Below, piece by piece: positions 25,556 through 33,583 of a DNA stretch of 64,000 nucleotides. This stretch comes from an uncultured Microthrixaceae bacterium (lineage in GTDB: Bacteria; Actinomycetota; Acidimicrobiia; Acidimicrobiales; DATDAH01): assembly GCA_964470715.1 (NCBI GenBank), contig CAYYDZ010000002.1, forward strand, positions 591 to 64,590, given 5' to 3'. The notes beneath the pieces are model-generated. The model was not told where the DNA came from, did not search any database, and was given only the letters and a program-made list of their open reading frames with translations. The translations under genes were made by a program, and so were the position numbers. Position 1 is the first letter of the stretch. Each line of letters starts with the position of its first letter.

Positions 25556-28104
25556 ATCACGCGGGGGTTGTTGGGGGTGAACACGGTGCGCTGGGGCATC
25601 TGGTGGCTGAAGTGCTCCGCGTCGAGGGCATCCGCAGCCCGTATCAACAGCTCGTCGAGGCGTCCGAGGAAGGCGTTCAGCGCGGGCCGCCCACCGTCGG
25701 CGTGGATGGCGCCCAACTCGAAGGTGTCGGCGCGCCGCACCAGGTCGGCGGCCTCCTCTGCGAGCGCCTCGGCGGGGGAGTCGGCGCCCCCGAGGCGGCG
25801 AGGCAGGCCGACCGTGGCCTCGTGCAGCGCGGCCGTCTGGTGGGCCAGCGATCGGGGGTTGTCGAGGTCGAGCACGAGGAGGTCGAGCACGGTGTCGACC
25901 TGCGCACGGGACCGGTACCGGCGCCGGTAGGTGATGATGCTCTCGGCGGCGATGAGGGTGGACTCGAGTACGAGGCTGTCGGTGGCCGTCCCCGTGGCCT
26001 CGGTGACGGTCGCTCGGAGCAGGGCGCTCAGCAGCAGCGATCGCTCGATGCGTCGTCCGGCCTCCAGGAAGCGCCACCCGGCGTCGCGCACCGTGTTCTC
26101 GGCAGCGAGGCCCGAGAGCGCGAGGAGCGCCTGGAGCACCCGGCCGAGCGCCGTCGGATCGGGTCCGCTCGATGACCGCAGTCGCAGGTCGTCCAGGTCG
26201 CGGTCGAGGTGGCCCACCACCAGCCACGTGTCGCTGCTCAGCAGGTCGCGCACCTCGGCGGTGGCATCGAGCATGTGGCGCACGTCGAACGCCAGCGAAC
26301 CGGCTCGGTCCTCGTCGACCAGCACCGAGCGGAGTTCGGCGTCCGGCCAGGCAAGGGCATCGTCGGCGTGCTCGCCCACGAACCCCGGCCACGTGCCGGA
26401 GACCGCCGTGAGGGCTCGCAACAGGATGCGCACGCTGGTGACGCCCTCGGGTGTGGCCCCGGCGGCGAACTCGTTGCGCCGATCGGCGATGACGCGCAGC
26501 AGCCGTGCCAGCATCTCGGCACGCTCGGCGTAGCGGCTCATCCAGAACAGGTGCTCCGCCGCCCGGGGCGAGGTCGGCGGCCGCGGCGCGGGTTCGGCGT
26601 CGTCGTCCTCGGCGGTGGGTTGCAGCCAGAACCCGGTGAGTCGCTCCGGCTCGGCGGCGAGAACGCACGTGTCCTTGCTGAGGGCGCCGGTCTGGTTGGT
26701 GATGAGGTCGCCGTCGGCGTCGGGGGCCACCCGGCTGAGTCCCCCGGGCATCACCGCGTACTGGTCGCCCCGTGCCACCGCGAAGGTGCGCAGGATGGTG
26801 CGGCGCGGGGCGAGGCCGCCATCGGCCACGGTGGGTGTGGTGCCGATGCTCACGGGGCGCTGGCCGACCCAGGCGTGGGGTTGGGCTTCGAGGCGTCGTG
26901 CCAGTTCGTCCCGCTCGGCGGCGCTCAGGCGCCAACCCATCGAAGGGACCATCATGCTCTCCCGGGCGATCGGCTTGATCACCAATTCGTGCAGGTGCGC
27001 GAGCACGTGGGCCCGGGCGGTGGGGTCGCCGCACCACCAGGTGTCGGCCGAGGGAAGTGCCAGTGGCTCGTCGAGGAGCGCCTCGGCCAGCGAGGGCAGG
27101 AACGGGAGCAGGCCCGGGTTCTCGAGGACCCCGCTGCCCAGGGTGTTCACCACCGAGACCGTGCCCGTCCGGCAGGCCTCGAGCAGGCCTGGGACGCCGA
27201 GGTTGGAGTCGGGGCGGAGCTCGACCGGGTCGCAGAACGCCGCGTCGACGCGACGGACGATGACGTGGACCGGCTCGAGCCGCCCGATCGAGCGCATCCA
27301 CACCCTGCCGTCGCGGACGCGAAGGTCGGCGCCTTGGACGAGGGGCACGCCGAGCTGCGCGGCGAGGTAGCCGTGTTCGAAGGCGGTCTCGCTCCACTGC
27401 CCAGGGGTGAGCACGACGATGCGCGGCGTGTCGTCCGTGGGTGGCGCGATCTGGTGCAGCGAGGAGCGCAGGGACCGGAAGAAGGGGGCCAAGCGCTGCA
27501 CCTGGGCCGATCGGTGCAGGCCCGGCAGCACCCGCGAGATCACGACCCGGTTCTCCAGCGCGTACCCGACGCCGGAGGGGGCCTGGGTGCGGTCCGAGAG
27601 CACCACGTGGCGACCGTCGGCGTCGCGGGCCAGATCAGCGGCGGCCAGGAAGAGCTGGTGGGGGCCGGGGAGGCGGATCTGGTCACACGTGCGGAGGAAG
27701 CCGGGGTGCCCGTAGACGACCTCGGGCGGCAGGAGGCCCTCATCGATCAGGCGGCGCTCGCCGTAGAGGTCGTGAAGCACGCGGTCGAGGAGCAGGGCCC
27801 GTTGCGCCACCCCGCTCTCGAGGGTCGCCCACTCCTCGGCGCCCACCATGAGGGGGACGGGGTCCGTGACCCAGGGTCGCGGCCCGACGGCATCGCCGGC
27901 GGTGACGTGGTAGGTGACGCCGTCCTCGGCCAGCAGTCGGGCCGCCTCGGCGGCGCGCAGTGCGAGCTCGCCGTGGTCGCTCAGTGTGGTGGCGACGGTG
28001 GCCCAGTGGTCGCGAACGGAGCCGTCGGGTGCGACCATCTCGTCGACGGCGCCCTCGACCGAGGGATAGGGGGCCAGCAGGGGTGGCCCCGGGACGACGC
28101 TCAC
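25552..28104 (-). CDS. Fusion protein: circularly permuted type-2 ATP-grasp domain plus alpha-E domain
   Basis: Part of ORF 25552..28278. The N-terminal ~480 aa are paralogous to the ATP-grasp at 29209..30645 (LSDRTQAPSGVGYALENR, VVLTPGQWSETAFEHGYLA, VRRVDAAFCDP, SVVNTLGSGVLENPGLL, GGLSRV). The C-terminal part is alpha-E-like (AAEHLFWMSRYAERAE). The start is probably the GTG at 28104. Confidence 0.75.
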   Translation of the reverse strand: MSVVPGPPLLAPYPSVEGAVDEMVAPDGSVRDHWATVATTLSDHGELALRAAEAARLLAEDGVTYHVTAGDAVGPRPWVTDPVPLMVGAEEWATLESGVAQRALLLDRVLHDLYGERRLIDEGLLPPEVVYGHPGFLRTCDQIRLPGPHQLFLAAADLARDADGRHVVLSDRTQAPSGVGYALENRVVISRVLPGLHRSAQVQRLAPFFRSLRSSLHQIAPPTDDTPRIVVLTPGQWSETAFEHGYLAAQLGVPLVQGADLRVRDGRVWMRSIGRLEPVHVIVRRVDAAFCDPVELRPDSNLGVPGLLEACRTGTVSVVNTLGSGVLENPGLLPFLPSLAEALLDEPLALPSADTWWCGDPTARAHVLAHLHELVIKPIARESMMVPSMGWRLSAAERDELARRLEAQPHAWVGQRPVSIGTTPTVADGGLAPRRTILRTFAVARGDQYAVMPGGLSRVAPDADGDLITNQTGALSKDTCVLAAEPERLTGFWLQPTAEDDDAEPAPRPPTSPRAAEHLFWMSRYAERAEMLARLLRVIADRRNEFAAGATPEGVTSVRILLRALTAVSGTWPGFVGEHADDALAWPDAELRSVLVDEDRAGSLAFDVRHMLDATAEVRDLLSSDTWLVVGHLDRDLDDLRLRSSSGPDPTALGRVLQALLALSGLAAENTVRDAGWRFLEAGRRIERSLLLSALLRATVTEATGTATDSLVLESTLIAAESIITYRRRYRSRAQVDTVLDLLVLDLDNPRSLAHQTAALHEATVGLPRRLGGADSPAEALAEEAADLVRRADTFELGAIHADGGRPALNAFLGRLDELLIRAADALDAEHFSHQMPQRTVFTPNNPRVM

Positions 28105-28123
28105 GCCGACGAGTCTGGCGTGA

Positions 28124-29212
28124 TCATCCTGCCCCGGTGAGCGATGGTGCAGGGAGGAAGTAGGTGGCGCCCAGGGCGTCGTGCAGCTCGCCCAGACTCC
28201 GTTGGAGCTCGTCCACCATCTCCAGCAGTTCGTCGGCGCCCCCAGAGATCGGGTCGAACTCGCCGAGGCGGCGGGCAACCGCTGCGCACTCCGCCATGGG
28301 CACCTCCTGGCGGGGGAGCTCGAGCAGCCAACGCGACACGGCGATGAGGCAGTGCTCTACGGACCGGGGGAACGCCGGCTCGAAGAGCAGGAAGCGCACC
28401 GCGTCGGCGCCGTGCACGACGCCGCCGGTGGCGCGTCGGTACATCTGCTCGGCACCGAGCGAGCGCAGCGCCGCCAGCCACGTGACATCGACGAAGGGCC
28501 GCAGGCCTTGGTCGGACACGCCCATGAGGATGTCGGCCTCGACCTCGAGGACGCGGGTGGTCATGTCGGCGCGCTCGACGAAGCGACCGATCTCGAGGAA
28601 CGAGTAGGTGTCGTCCCGGTTCATCGTGGCGTAGATGGAGCCGGCCACGAGGTGGCAGCGGCGGATCACCTCCTCGCACCATGCCAATCGTGTGGGACGG
28701 GCGATGGCGCTGCGCCGCGTGTCCCGGACCCAGAGGTGCAGCTCGTTCAAGGTCTCCCAGGTGCGACGGGGGACCATCGTGCGCGTCACCCGCAGGTCCT
28801 CGCGTGCCTGGTCCACCGAGCTGACCACCGACCCGGGGTTGAGGGGATCGGACAAGAGAAACGAGACCACCTCCTCTTCGGCCGGGTGGTCGTGGGCGAG
28901 GTGGTAGTCGGCGTCGCTGCCGGTGACGGCCAGCAGCGGGGCCCACGTCAGACCTGCGGACTTCGGCAGGTCCACGAACAGCTCGGTGTGGGTCTTGACC
29001 AGACGGGCCGTGGCCTCGGCGCGCTCGAGGTAGCGACCCACCCAGTAGGCGTTCTCGGCCACCCGGGACAACAACATGCTGGGTACCTCCTCCAGGTCCG
29101 GCGCCTCGGCCGGGTCGGCGGTGTCGGTGTCGGTGTCGGTGTCGGTATCTGTGGCGGTGGCGGGCTCGGCGCGTCGACGGTCGCCGCCCCCGTCCGGTGA
29201 GGGCGAGGTCAT
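28124..29212 (-). CDS. Alpha-E domain protein
   Basis: Part of ORF 28124..29641. The ATG at 29212 overlaps the upstream stop (ATGA) and adds a 45-aa acidic extension with a (TD)5 tract. The family-typical N-terminus MLLSRVAENAYWVGRYLERAE starts at the ATG at 29077, which has GGAGGAGG 8 nt upstream. Either start is possible. Confidence 0.75.
   Translation of the reverse strand: MTSPSPDGGGDRRRAEPATATDTDTDTDTDTADPAEAPDLEEVPSMLLSRVAENAYWVGRYLERAEATARLVKTHTELFVDLPKSAGLTWAPLLAVTGSDADYHLAHDHPAEEEVVSFLLSDPLNPGSVVSSVDQAREDLRVTRTMVPRRTWETLNELHLWVRDTRRSAIARPTRLAWCEEVIRRCHLVAGSIYATMNRDDTYSFLEIGRFVERADMTTRVLEVEADILMGVSDQGLRPFVDVTWLAALRSLGAEQMYRRATGGVVHGADAVRFLLFEPAFPRSVEHCLIAVSRWLLELPRQEVPMAECAAVARRLGEFDPISGGADELLEMVDELQRSLGELHDALGATYFLPAPSLTGAG
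29115..29150. repeat. Hexanucleotide tandem repeat (GTGTCG)x4 with degenerate flanking units
   Basis: Positions 29121..29144 are four perfect GTGTCG units, flanked by ggcggt and gtatct variants. On the minus strand they encode TDTDTDTDTD, in frame if the alpha-E gene starts at 29212. Confidence 0.85.
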
Positions 29213-30645
29213 CGTTCGCGCACCTCGATGCTCAGCCCGGACCTGGGTGGTCGCAGGACATCGGGGTCGATGATCCAAGTGTCCTTGCTGCCGCCGCCCT
29301 GGGAGCTGTTCACGATCAGCGAACCTTCCTGGCGGGCGACGCGGGTCAGCCCTCCGGTGGTGACGTAGGGGTGCTCCCCCGAGAGCACGAACGGCCGCAG
29401 GTCGACGTGGCGTGGGGCCACGACGCCGTCGCACAGCGTCGGCGCGGTGGAGAGCCGCAGGATGGGCTGAGCCACATAGTTGCGGGGGTCGGCCTCGACG
29501 CGGCGGCGGATCTCCTCCTTGTCGGCGGCGCTGGCGTGCGAACCGACGAAGATGCCGTAGCCCCCTGACTCGTTGGCCGGCTTCACGACGAGGTGGTCGA
29601 GGTTGGCCAGGACGTGCTTGCGCTGGCGGTCGTCCAGGCACACGAAGGTCTCGACGTTGGGGACGAGCGGTTCCTCGCCCAGGTAGTAGTGGATGAGGGC
29701 AGGGACGTAGGCGTAGAGGACCTTGTCGTCGGCCACTCCCGCACCGGGCGCGTTGGCGATGGCCACGTTGCCCTGGCGCCAGGCCGCCATGAGGCCAGCC
29801 ACGCCGAGGGCAGAGTCGGGGCGGAACACCTCGGGGTCGAGGAACAGGTCGTCGACCCGGCGGTACACGACATCGACGCGCACCAGGCCACCGACGGTGC
29901 GCAGGTAGACGACGTCGTCATCGACCACCAGGTCGCGCCCTTCGACGAGGTGGGCGCCCATCTGCTGGGCCAGGAACGCGTGCTCGAAGTACGCGGAATT
30001 GTGCACCCCGGGGGTCAGGACCACGATCACCGGCACCTCGCCGGGGCGGGGCGACAGGGAGCCGAGCAGTTCCCGTAGGCGGGTCGGGTACGCGTCGACG
30101 GGGTGGATGTCGAGGTCGCGGAAGAGATCGGCGAACACCCGTTTGGTTATCTGGCGGTTCTCGAGCATGTACGAGACGCCCGACGGCACTCGCAGGTTGT
30201 CCTCGAGCACGTACATGGTCCCGTCGCCGTCACGGACGAGGTCGCTTCCGGAGATGTGGGCCCAGGTGCCCTGCGGCGGACGTGCGCCGCGGCATTGGAG
30301 CCGCAGGTTGGCCGACTCGCCCACGACCTCAGCGGGCACGACGCCGTTGCGGATGGCCCGCCCTTCGCCGTAGATGTCGTCGATGAAGAGGTTCAGCGCG
30401 ACCATGCGTTGCGTGAGCCCCGCCGAGATCCGGCTCCACTCGTGGGTGGACAGCACCCGGGGGATGACGTCGAAGGGCCAGGCCCGGTCGATGTTGGTGC
30501 CTTCGGAGTACACGGTGAACGAGATGCCCATGGCCCGGATGGCCAGCTCGGCGGCGGCCTGGCGTTCCCGCAGGTCGGCGCCGAGCGAGTGGAGGAGGTC
30601 GACGACTCCCTCGCAGGCTGGTCGGGGCCCGTCGGTGGCGAACAT
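29209..30645 (-). CDS. Circularly permuted type-2 ATP-grasp protein
   Basis: ORF 29209..30645. Motifs: MGISFTVYSE, LEDNLRVPSGVSYMLENR, VVLTPGVHNSAYFEHAFLAQQMG, YRRVDDLFLDPE, NAPGAGVADDK, GGLTRV. A coding-like open frame continues ~31 codons upstream of the ATG with no ATG/GTG/TTG, so the true start may be further upstream (see findings). Confidence 0.8.
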   Translation of the reverse strand: MFATDGPRPACEGVVDLLHSLGADLRERQAAAELAIRAMGISFTVYSEGTNIDRAWPFDVIPRVLSTHEWSRISAGLTQRMVALNLFIDDIYGEGRAIRNGVVPAEVVGESANLRLQCRGARPPQGTWAHISGSDLVRDGDGTMYVLEDNLRVPSGVSYMLENRQITKRVFADLFRDLDIHPVDAYPTRLRELLGSLSPRPGEVPVIVVLTPGVHNSAYFEHAFLAQQMGAHLVEGRDLVVDDDVVYLRTVGGLVRVDVVYRRVDDLFLDPEVFRPDSALGVAGLMAAWRQGNVAIANAPGAGVADDKVLYAYVPALIHYYLGEEPLVPNVETFVCLDDRQRKHVLANLDHLVVKPANESGGYGIFVGSHASAADKEEIRRRVEADPRNYVAQPILRLSTAPTLCDGVVAPRHVDLRPFVLSGEHPYVTTGGLTRVARQEGSLIVNSSQGGGSKDTWIIDPDVLRPPRSGLSIEVRER

Positions 30646-30872
30646 CTCGTCCCACGCCGTGCCGGGGTCGTAGGCGCGCCAGGGGTCGTCCGCATCGTCG
30701 GGCGGGGTCGGCTTGGTGGCGGTGGGAGCGGCAGCGATGGGACGAGGGTGTCGCCCGAAGGTGACGGGGGTGTTTCGGGTCCGTGAAATGCCTTCCCCCG
30801 GGCCGGGTGACGCGTCCTCGCCTCGCTCGTGTCCCGGTGGTTACCGTGGCGGCGATCGAGCCGCGACGAACC

Positions 30873-30877
30873 AGGAG
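30873..30877 (+). promoter_or_regulatory. Shine-Dalgarno (AGGAG) for the 24-codon micro-ORF
   Basis: The sequence reads ccAGGAGcttgtgATG, with a 6-nt spacer to the ATG at 30884. Confidence 0.5.
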
Positions 30878-30883
30878 CTTGTG

Positions 30884-30958
30884 ATGCCCGTCGACACCTT
30901 CTTCGCCTTCTTCGCGGCCGACGCCGAGGCGATCGAGCAGGACGCGTCCGCGGCGTGA
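30884..30958 (+). CDS. Micro-ORF (24 aa: MPVDTFFAFFAADAEAIEQDASAA), translationally coupled to the amidase
   Basis: ATG at 30884 with AGGAG 6 nt upstream. All 23 sense codons after the ATG end in G or C. By contrast, 18 of the 57 upstream codons of the longer track ORF 30713..30958 end in A/T. The TGA at 30956..30958 overlaps the amidase GTG at 30955 (GTGA). Confidence 0.45.
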   Translation: MPVDTFFAFFAADAEAIEQDASAA

Positions 30959-32409
30959 CCACGACGGACGCCGGCGCGTCGGCGGGCATCCGCAGGTCGC
31001 ACGCCTACGGCGACGAGCTCGCCGGCTTCGACGGCGTCGCCACCGCCCAGGCCGTGCGGTCGGGTGCGTTGTCCGCGTCCGAGGTGGTGCGGGCCGCCAT
31101 CGCACGAGCGCGTGCCGTCGAGCCCGCCGTGCACGCGATGGTCGTCGACGACTTCGATCGGGCCCAGGCGGCCGGCGATGCGGGCCGGACGGGCGCGTTT
31201 GCCGGCGTCCCCACCGTCATCAAGGACATGACCGATGTGGCCGGACTGCCCACCCGAAACGGATCAGCCGCCTTCTCGAGGGCGGGACCGGCCGAGGAGA
31301 CCGGCGCCCTCGCTGCCCAGCTCTTCGACATGGGAATGGTCGGGCTGGGCAAGAGCACCATGCCCGAGTTCGGCTTCATCCCGTGCGCGGAGTTCCCCGA
31401 CCTGGAGGCCACGCGCAACCCCTGGAACCTGAACCGCTCCACCGGTGGCTCGTCCGGTGGCTCGGCTGCACTCGTCGCGGCGGGTGTGGTGCCCATCGCC
31501 CACGGCGCCGACGGGGGTGGGTCGATCCGCATCCCTGCGGCCTGCTGTGGCCTGGTCGGCCTCAAGGCCACCCGGGGGCGCTTGGCGAAGCCACCCGAGT
31601 CTCGCCTGATGCCTGTGGACGTCGAGGTCGAGGGAGTCCTGAGTCGCACGGTTCGGGACACGGCGCTGTTCTTCGCCGAGGCCGAGAGACGTCACCGCAG
31701 TCGCCGTCTCCCACCCGTCGGTCACGTCACGCGGCCGTTGGTGCGGCGGCTCCGCGTCGGCACGGTCCTCGAATCGCCCAACGGTGCCCTGGTCGACGCC
31801 CCGACGCGGGCGGCCTTCGAGCGAGCGGTGACACTGCTCGAGTCGTTGGGCCACGAGGTGCGGCCGGTCGACTTCCCCGCCGGTCGACAGTTCGCCGACG
31901 ACTTCATCCAGTACTGGTCGACGCTGGCCTACGCGGTGAGCGTGCAGGGCCACCGCCTGTTCGACCCGACCTTCGACCGTTCGCAGCTCACCCAGCTCAC
32001 GCGGGGCCTGGCCGAACGGTGCCGTCGCAACCTGGCGCGGACCCCTGGAGCGGTCTACCGGTTGCGGCGCTCCGCCGCGGACTACGCGAAGGCCATCGCC
32101 GGTGTCGACGTCGTCCTGTCGCCGGTGGTGAACACGATCGCTCCCGAGATCGGCCACTTGGCCATGGACCTGCCTTTCGACGAGGTGTTCCCCCGTGCGG
32201 AGGCCTGGGTCGGGTACACCCCGCTGGCCAACGCCACCGGCGCCCCGGCCATCAGCCTCCCGCTGCACCACGACGAGGCCAGCGGCCTGCCCGTGGGGAT
32301 GATGTTCAGCGCCGCCCATGGCCAGGACGCCCTGTTGTTGGGTCTGGCCTTGGCCCTCGAGGAGGCCGCGCCCTGGCCGACCCTTGGCGGGTCCCTCGCG
32401 CCGAGGTGA
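30955..32409 (+). CDS. Amidase-signature (GatA-like) amidase
   Basis: Part of ORF 30829..32409. The GTG at 30955 is the only canonical start just upstream of the family-typical N-terminus (ATAQAVRSGALSASEVVRAAIARA). The amidase signature is GGSSGGSAALVAAGVVPIAHGADGGGSIRIPAACCGLVGLKATRGR. Confidence 0.85.
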   Translation: MTTTDAGASAGIRRSHAYGDELAGFDGVATAQAVRSGALSASEVVRAAIARARAVEPAVHAMVVDDFDRAQAAGDAGRTGAFAGVPTVIKDMTDVAGLPTRNGSAAFSRAGPAEETGALAAQLFDMGMVGLGKSTMPEFGFIPCAEFPDLEATRNPWNLNRSTGGSSGGSAALVAAGVVPIAHGADGGGSIRIPAACCGLVGLKATRGRLAKPPESRLMPVDVEVEGVLSRTVRDTALFFAEAERRHRSRRLPPVGHVTRPLVRRLRVGTVLESPNGALVDAPTRAAFERAVTLLESLGHEVRPVDFPAGRQFADDFIQYWSTLAYAVSVQGHRLFDPTFDRSQLTQLTRGLAERCRRNLARTPGAVYRLRRSAADYAKAIAGVDVVLSPVVNTIAPEIGHLAMDLPFDEVFPRAEAWVGYTPLANATGAPAISLPLHHDEASGLPVGMMFSAAHGQDALLLGLALALEEAAPWPTLGGSLAPR

Positions 32410-32451
32410 GGTCGCCCGCTCGAGCCGGGGGACTCCCGGTACCGTCTTCGC

Positions 32452-33129
32452 ATGGCTGAGACCACGGGCCCGCTCATCAGCGTGCGGGGCGAGGCAGCCG
32501 CTGAGGTCGAACCCGAGTTGGCGCACGTCGTCGTCACGGTCGTGGCGCGGGACCGAGATCGCGACCGGGTGCTGCGCGATCTGGACGAGCGCGCCCGTAG
32601 CGTCGATGCCCTGCTCGACCGGTTCTCCACGGCCATCGAACGGGTCGACACCGAGGCCGTCCGCGTGGCGCCGCAGTTCGCCACCAACAAACCCAGGGAG
32701 AAGGTGGCCGGCTATGAGGCGTCCGTGCGCCGTACCGTGGTGCTCCACGAGTTCTCGCCGCTGGGGGATCTTCTCGCCCAACTGGCGGTGATCGATCTGG
32801 CCGCCGTGACCGGCCCGACGTGGACGTTGCGGCCCGCGAGCGAGGTGACACGGGACGTCCGGGTGGCTGCGGTCCGAGATGCGGTGCACCGTGCCCAGGA
32901 GTACGCCGAAGCGCTGGGCTGCTCGCTGACCGAGCTCGTCGACCTTGCCGACGTCGGGCTGATGACCTCACCGGAGGCGAGGGCCATGGCAGTGAGCGGC
33001 GTGGCGGCAACGGCCTTTCGTGGCGCACCGGCGCCCGAGACGTTCTCCTTCGACGTCACCCCGACGCGCCAAGTCGTCGAGGCCAGCGTCGAAGCTCGGT
33101 TCCGTGCCACCCCGCCCGATCTGAGTTGA
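32452..33129 (+). CDS. SIMPL-domain (DUF541) protein
   Basis: ORF 32452..33129. LISVRGEAAAEVEPELAHVVVTV ... AVRDAVHRAQEYAEALG is typical of the SIMPL / 26-kDa periplasmic immunogenic protein family. No obvious signal peptide. Confidence 0.65.
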   Translation: MAETTGPLISVRGEAAAEVEPELAHVVVTVVARDRDRDRVLRDLDERARSVDALLDRFSTAIERVDTEAVRVAPQFATNKPREKVAGYEASVRRTVVLHEFSPLGDLLAQLAVIDLAAVTGPTWTLRPASEVTRDVRVAAVRDAVHRAQEYAEALGCSLTELVDLADVGLMTSPEARAMAVSGVAATAFRGAPAPETFSFDVTPTRQVVEASVEARFRATPPDLS

Positions 33130-33175
33130 GCGGATCGGGCGACGTCGGAGCCCGCCCGCCCCGCTCGAGCTGGAT

Positions 33176-33448
33176 CTACGCGGGTTGGCCCTCGAGGGCG
33201 TCCGTGGCCACCTGCCCGGTGCGCACCCACTCGCGGGCGAGGGCGGCTTTGACCTGGACGAGGCGGCGGACGTCGCGAGCGTCGACGTCGTAGCGGTCGC
33301 GCCGATAGCTGGCGTGGGCGCCGGTCGTCCAGAGCTCGGCTCGGTGGGATTCGAGGGCGAGGTAGGCCTCGCGGAGCTCGTCTTCGCGGGGCTGGGCCTC
33401 GAGCCATTCGAGGAAGGACTGGTCGTTCCAGTCCGGGTGGAAGGTCAT
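33176..33448 (-). CDS. Hypothetical small protein (90 aa)
   Basis: C-terminal part of ORF 33176..33928. The ATG at 33448 is preceded by GGAGAG (cggtcacGGAGAGacgaATG). Sequence: MTFHPDWNDQSFLEWLEAQPREDELREAYLALESHRAEL... Third-position G/C is high. Confidence 0.55.
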   Translation of the reverse strand: MTFHPDWNDQSFLEWLEAQPREDELREAYLALESHRAELWTTGAHASYRRDRYDVDARDVRRLVQVKAALAREWVRTGQVATDALEGQPA

Positions 33449-33583
33449 TCGTCTCTCCGTGACCGTCGTTGGTCGTTGTGTCCCTCTGAGAGTACCGACC
33501 CTCGGTTGCGGCGCACCGCTGGTTTCGTGGATACGCGGTGAATTCCATTCATCGGGGCTGCGTAGGGGGCCGGGACCGTTGCA

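Noticed and set aside
25556-27397. N-terminal 614 residues of the 916-aa ORF 24647..27397
   Set aside because: Only the last 302 codons are transglutaminase-like. The upstream part is Arg/Pro junk lying out of frame over the ATP-grasp/alpha-E fusion gene. The GTG at 25555 forms a GTGA junction with that gene.
29115-29150. Possible CRISPR-like or regulatory tandem repeat (also 40344..40412)
   Set aside because: The units are 6 nt with no spacers and lie in coding or near-coding sequence, encoding TD and HD dipeptide tracts. These are simple-sequence repeats, not CRISPR arrays.
30713-30883. Longer 81-aa version (TTG start) of the micro-ORF
   Set aside because: 18 of the 57 upstream codons end in A/T, against 0 of 23 after the ATG at 30884. 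There is no RBS at 30713, and the region is the divergent promoter spacer.
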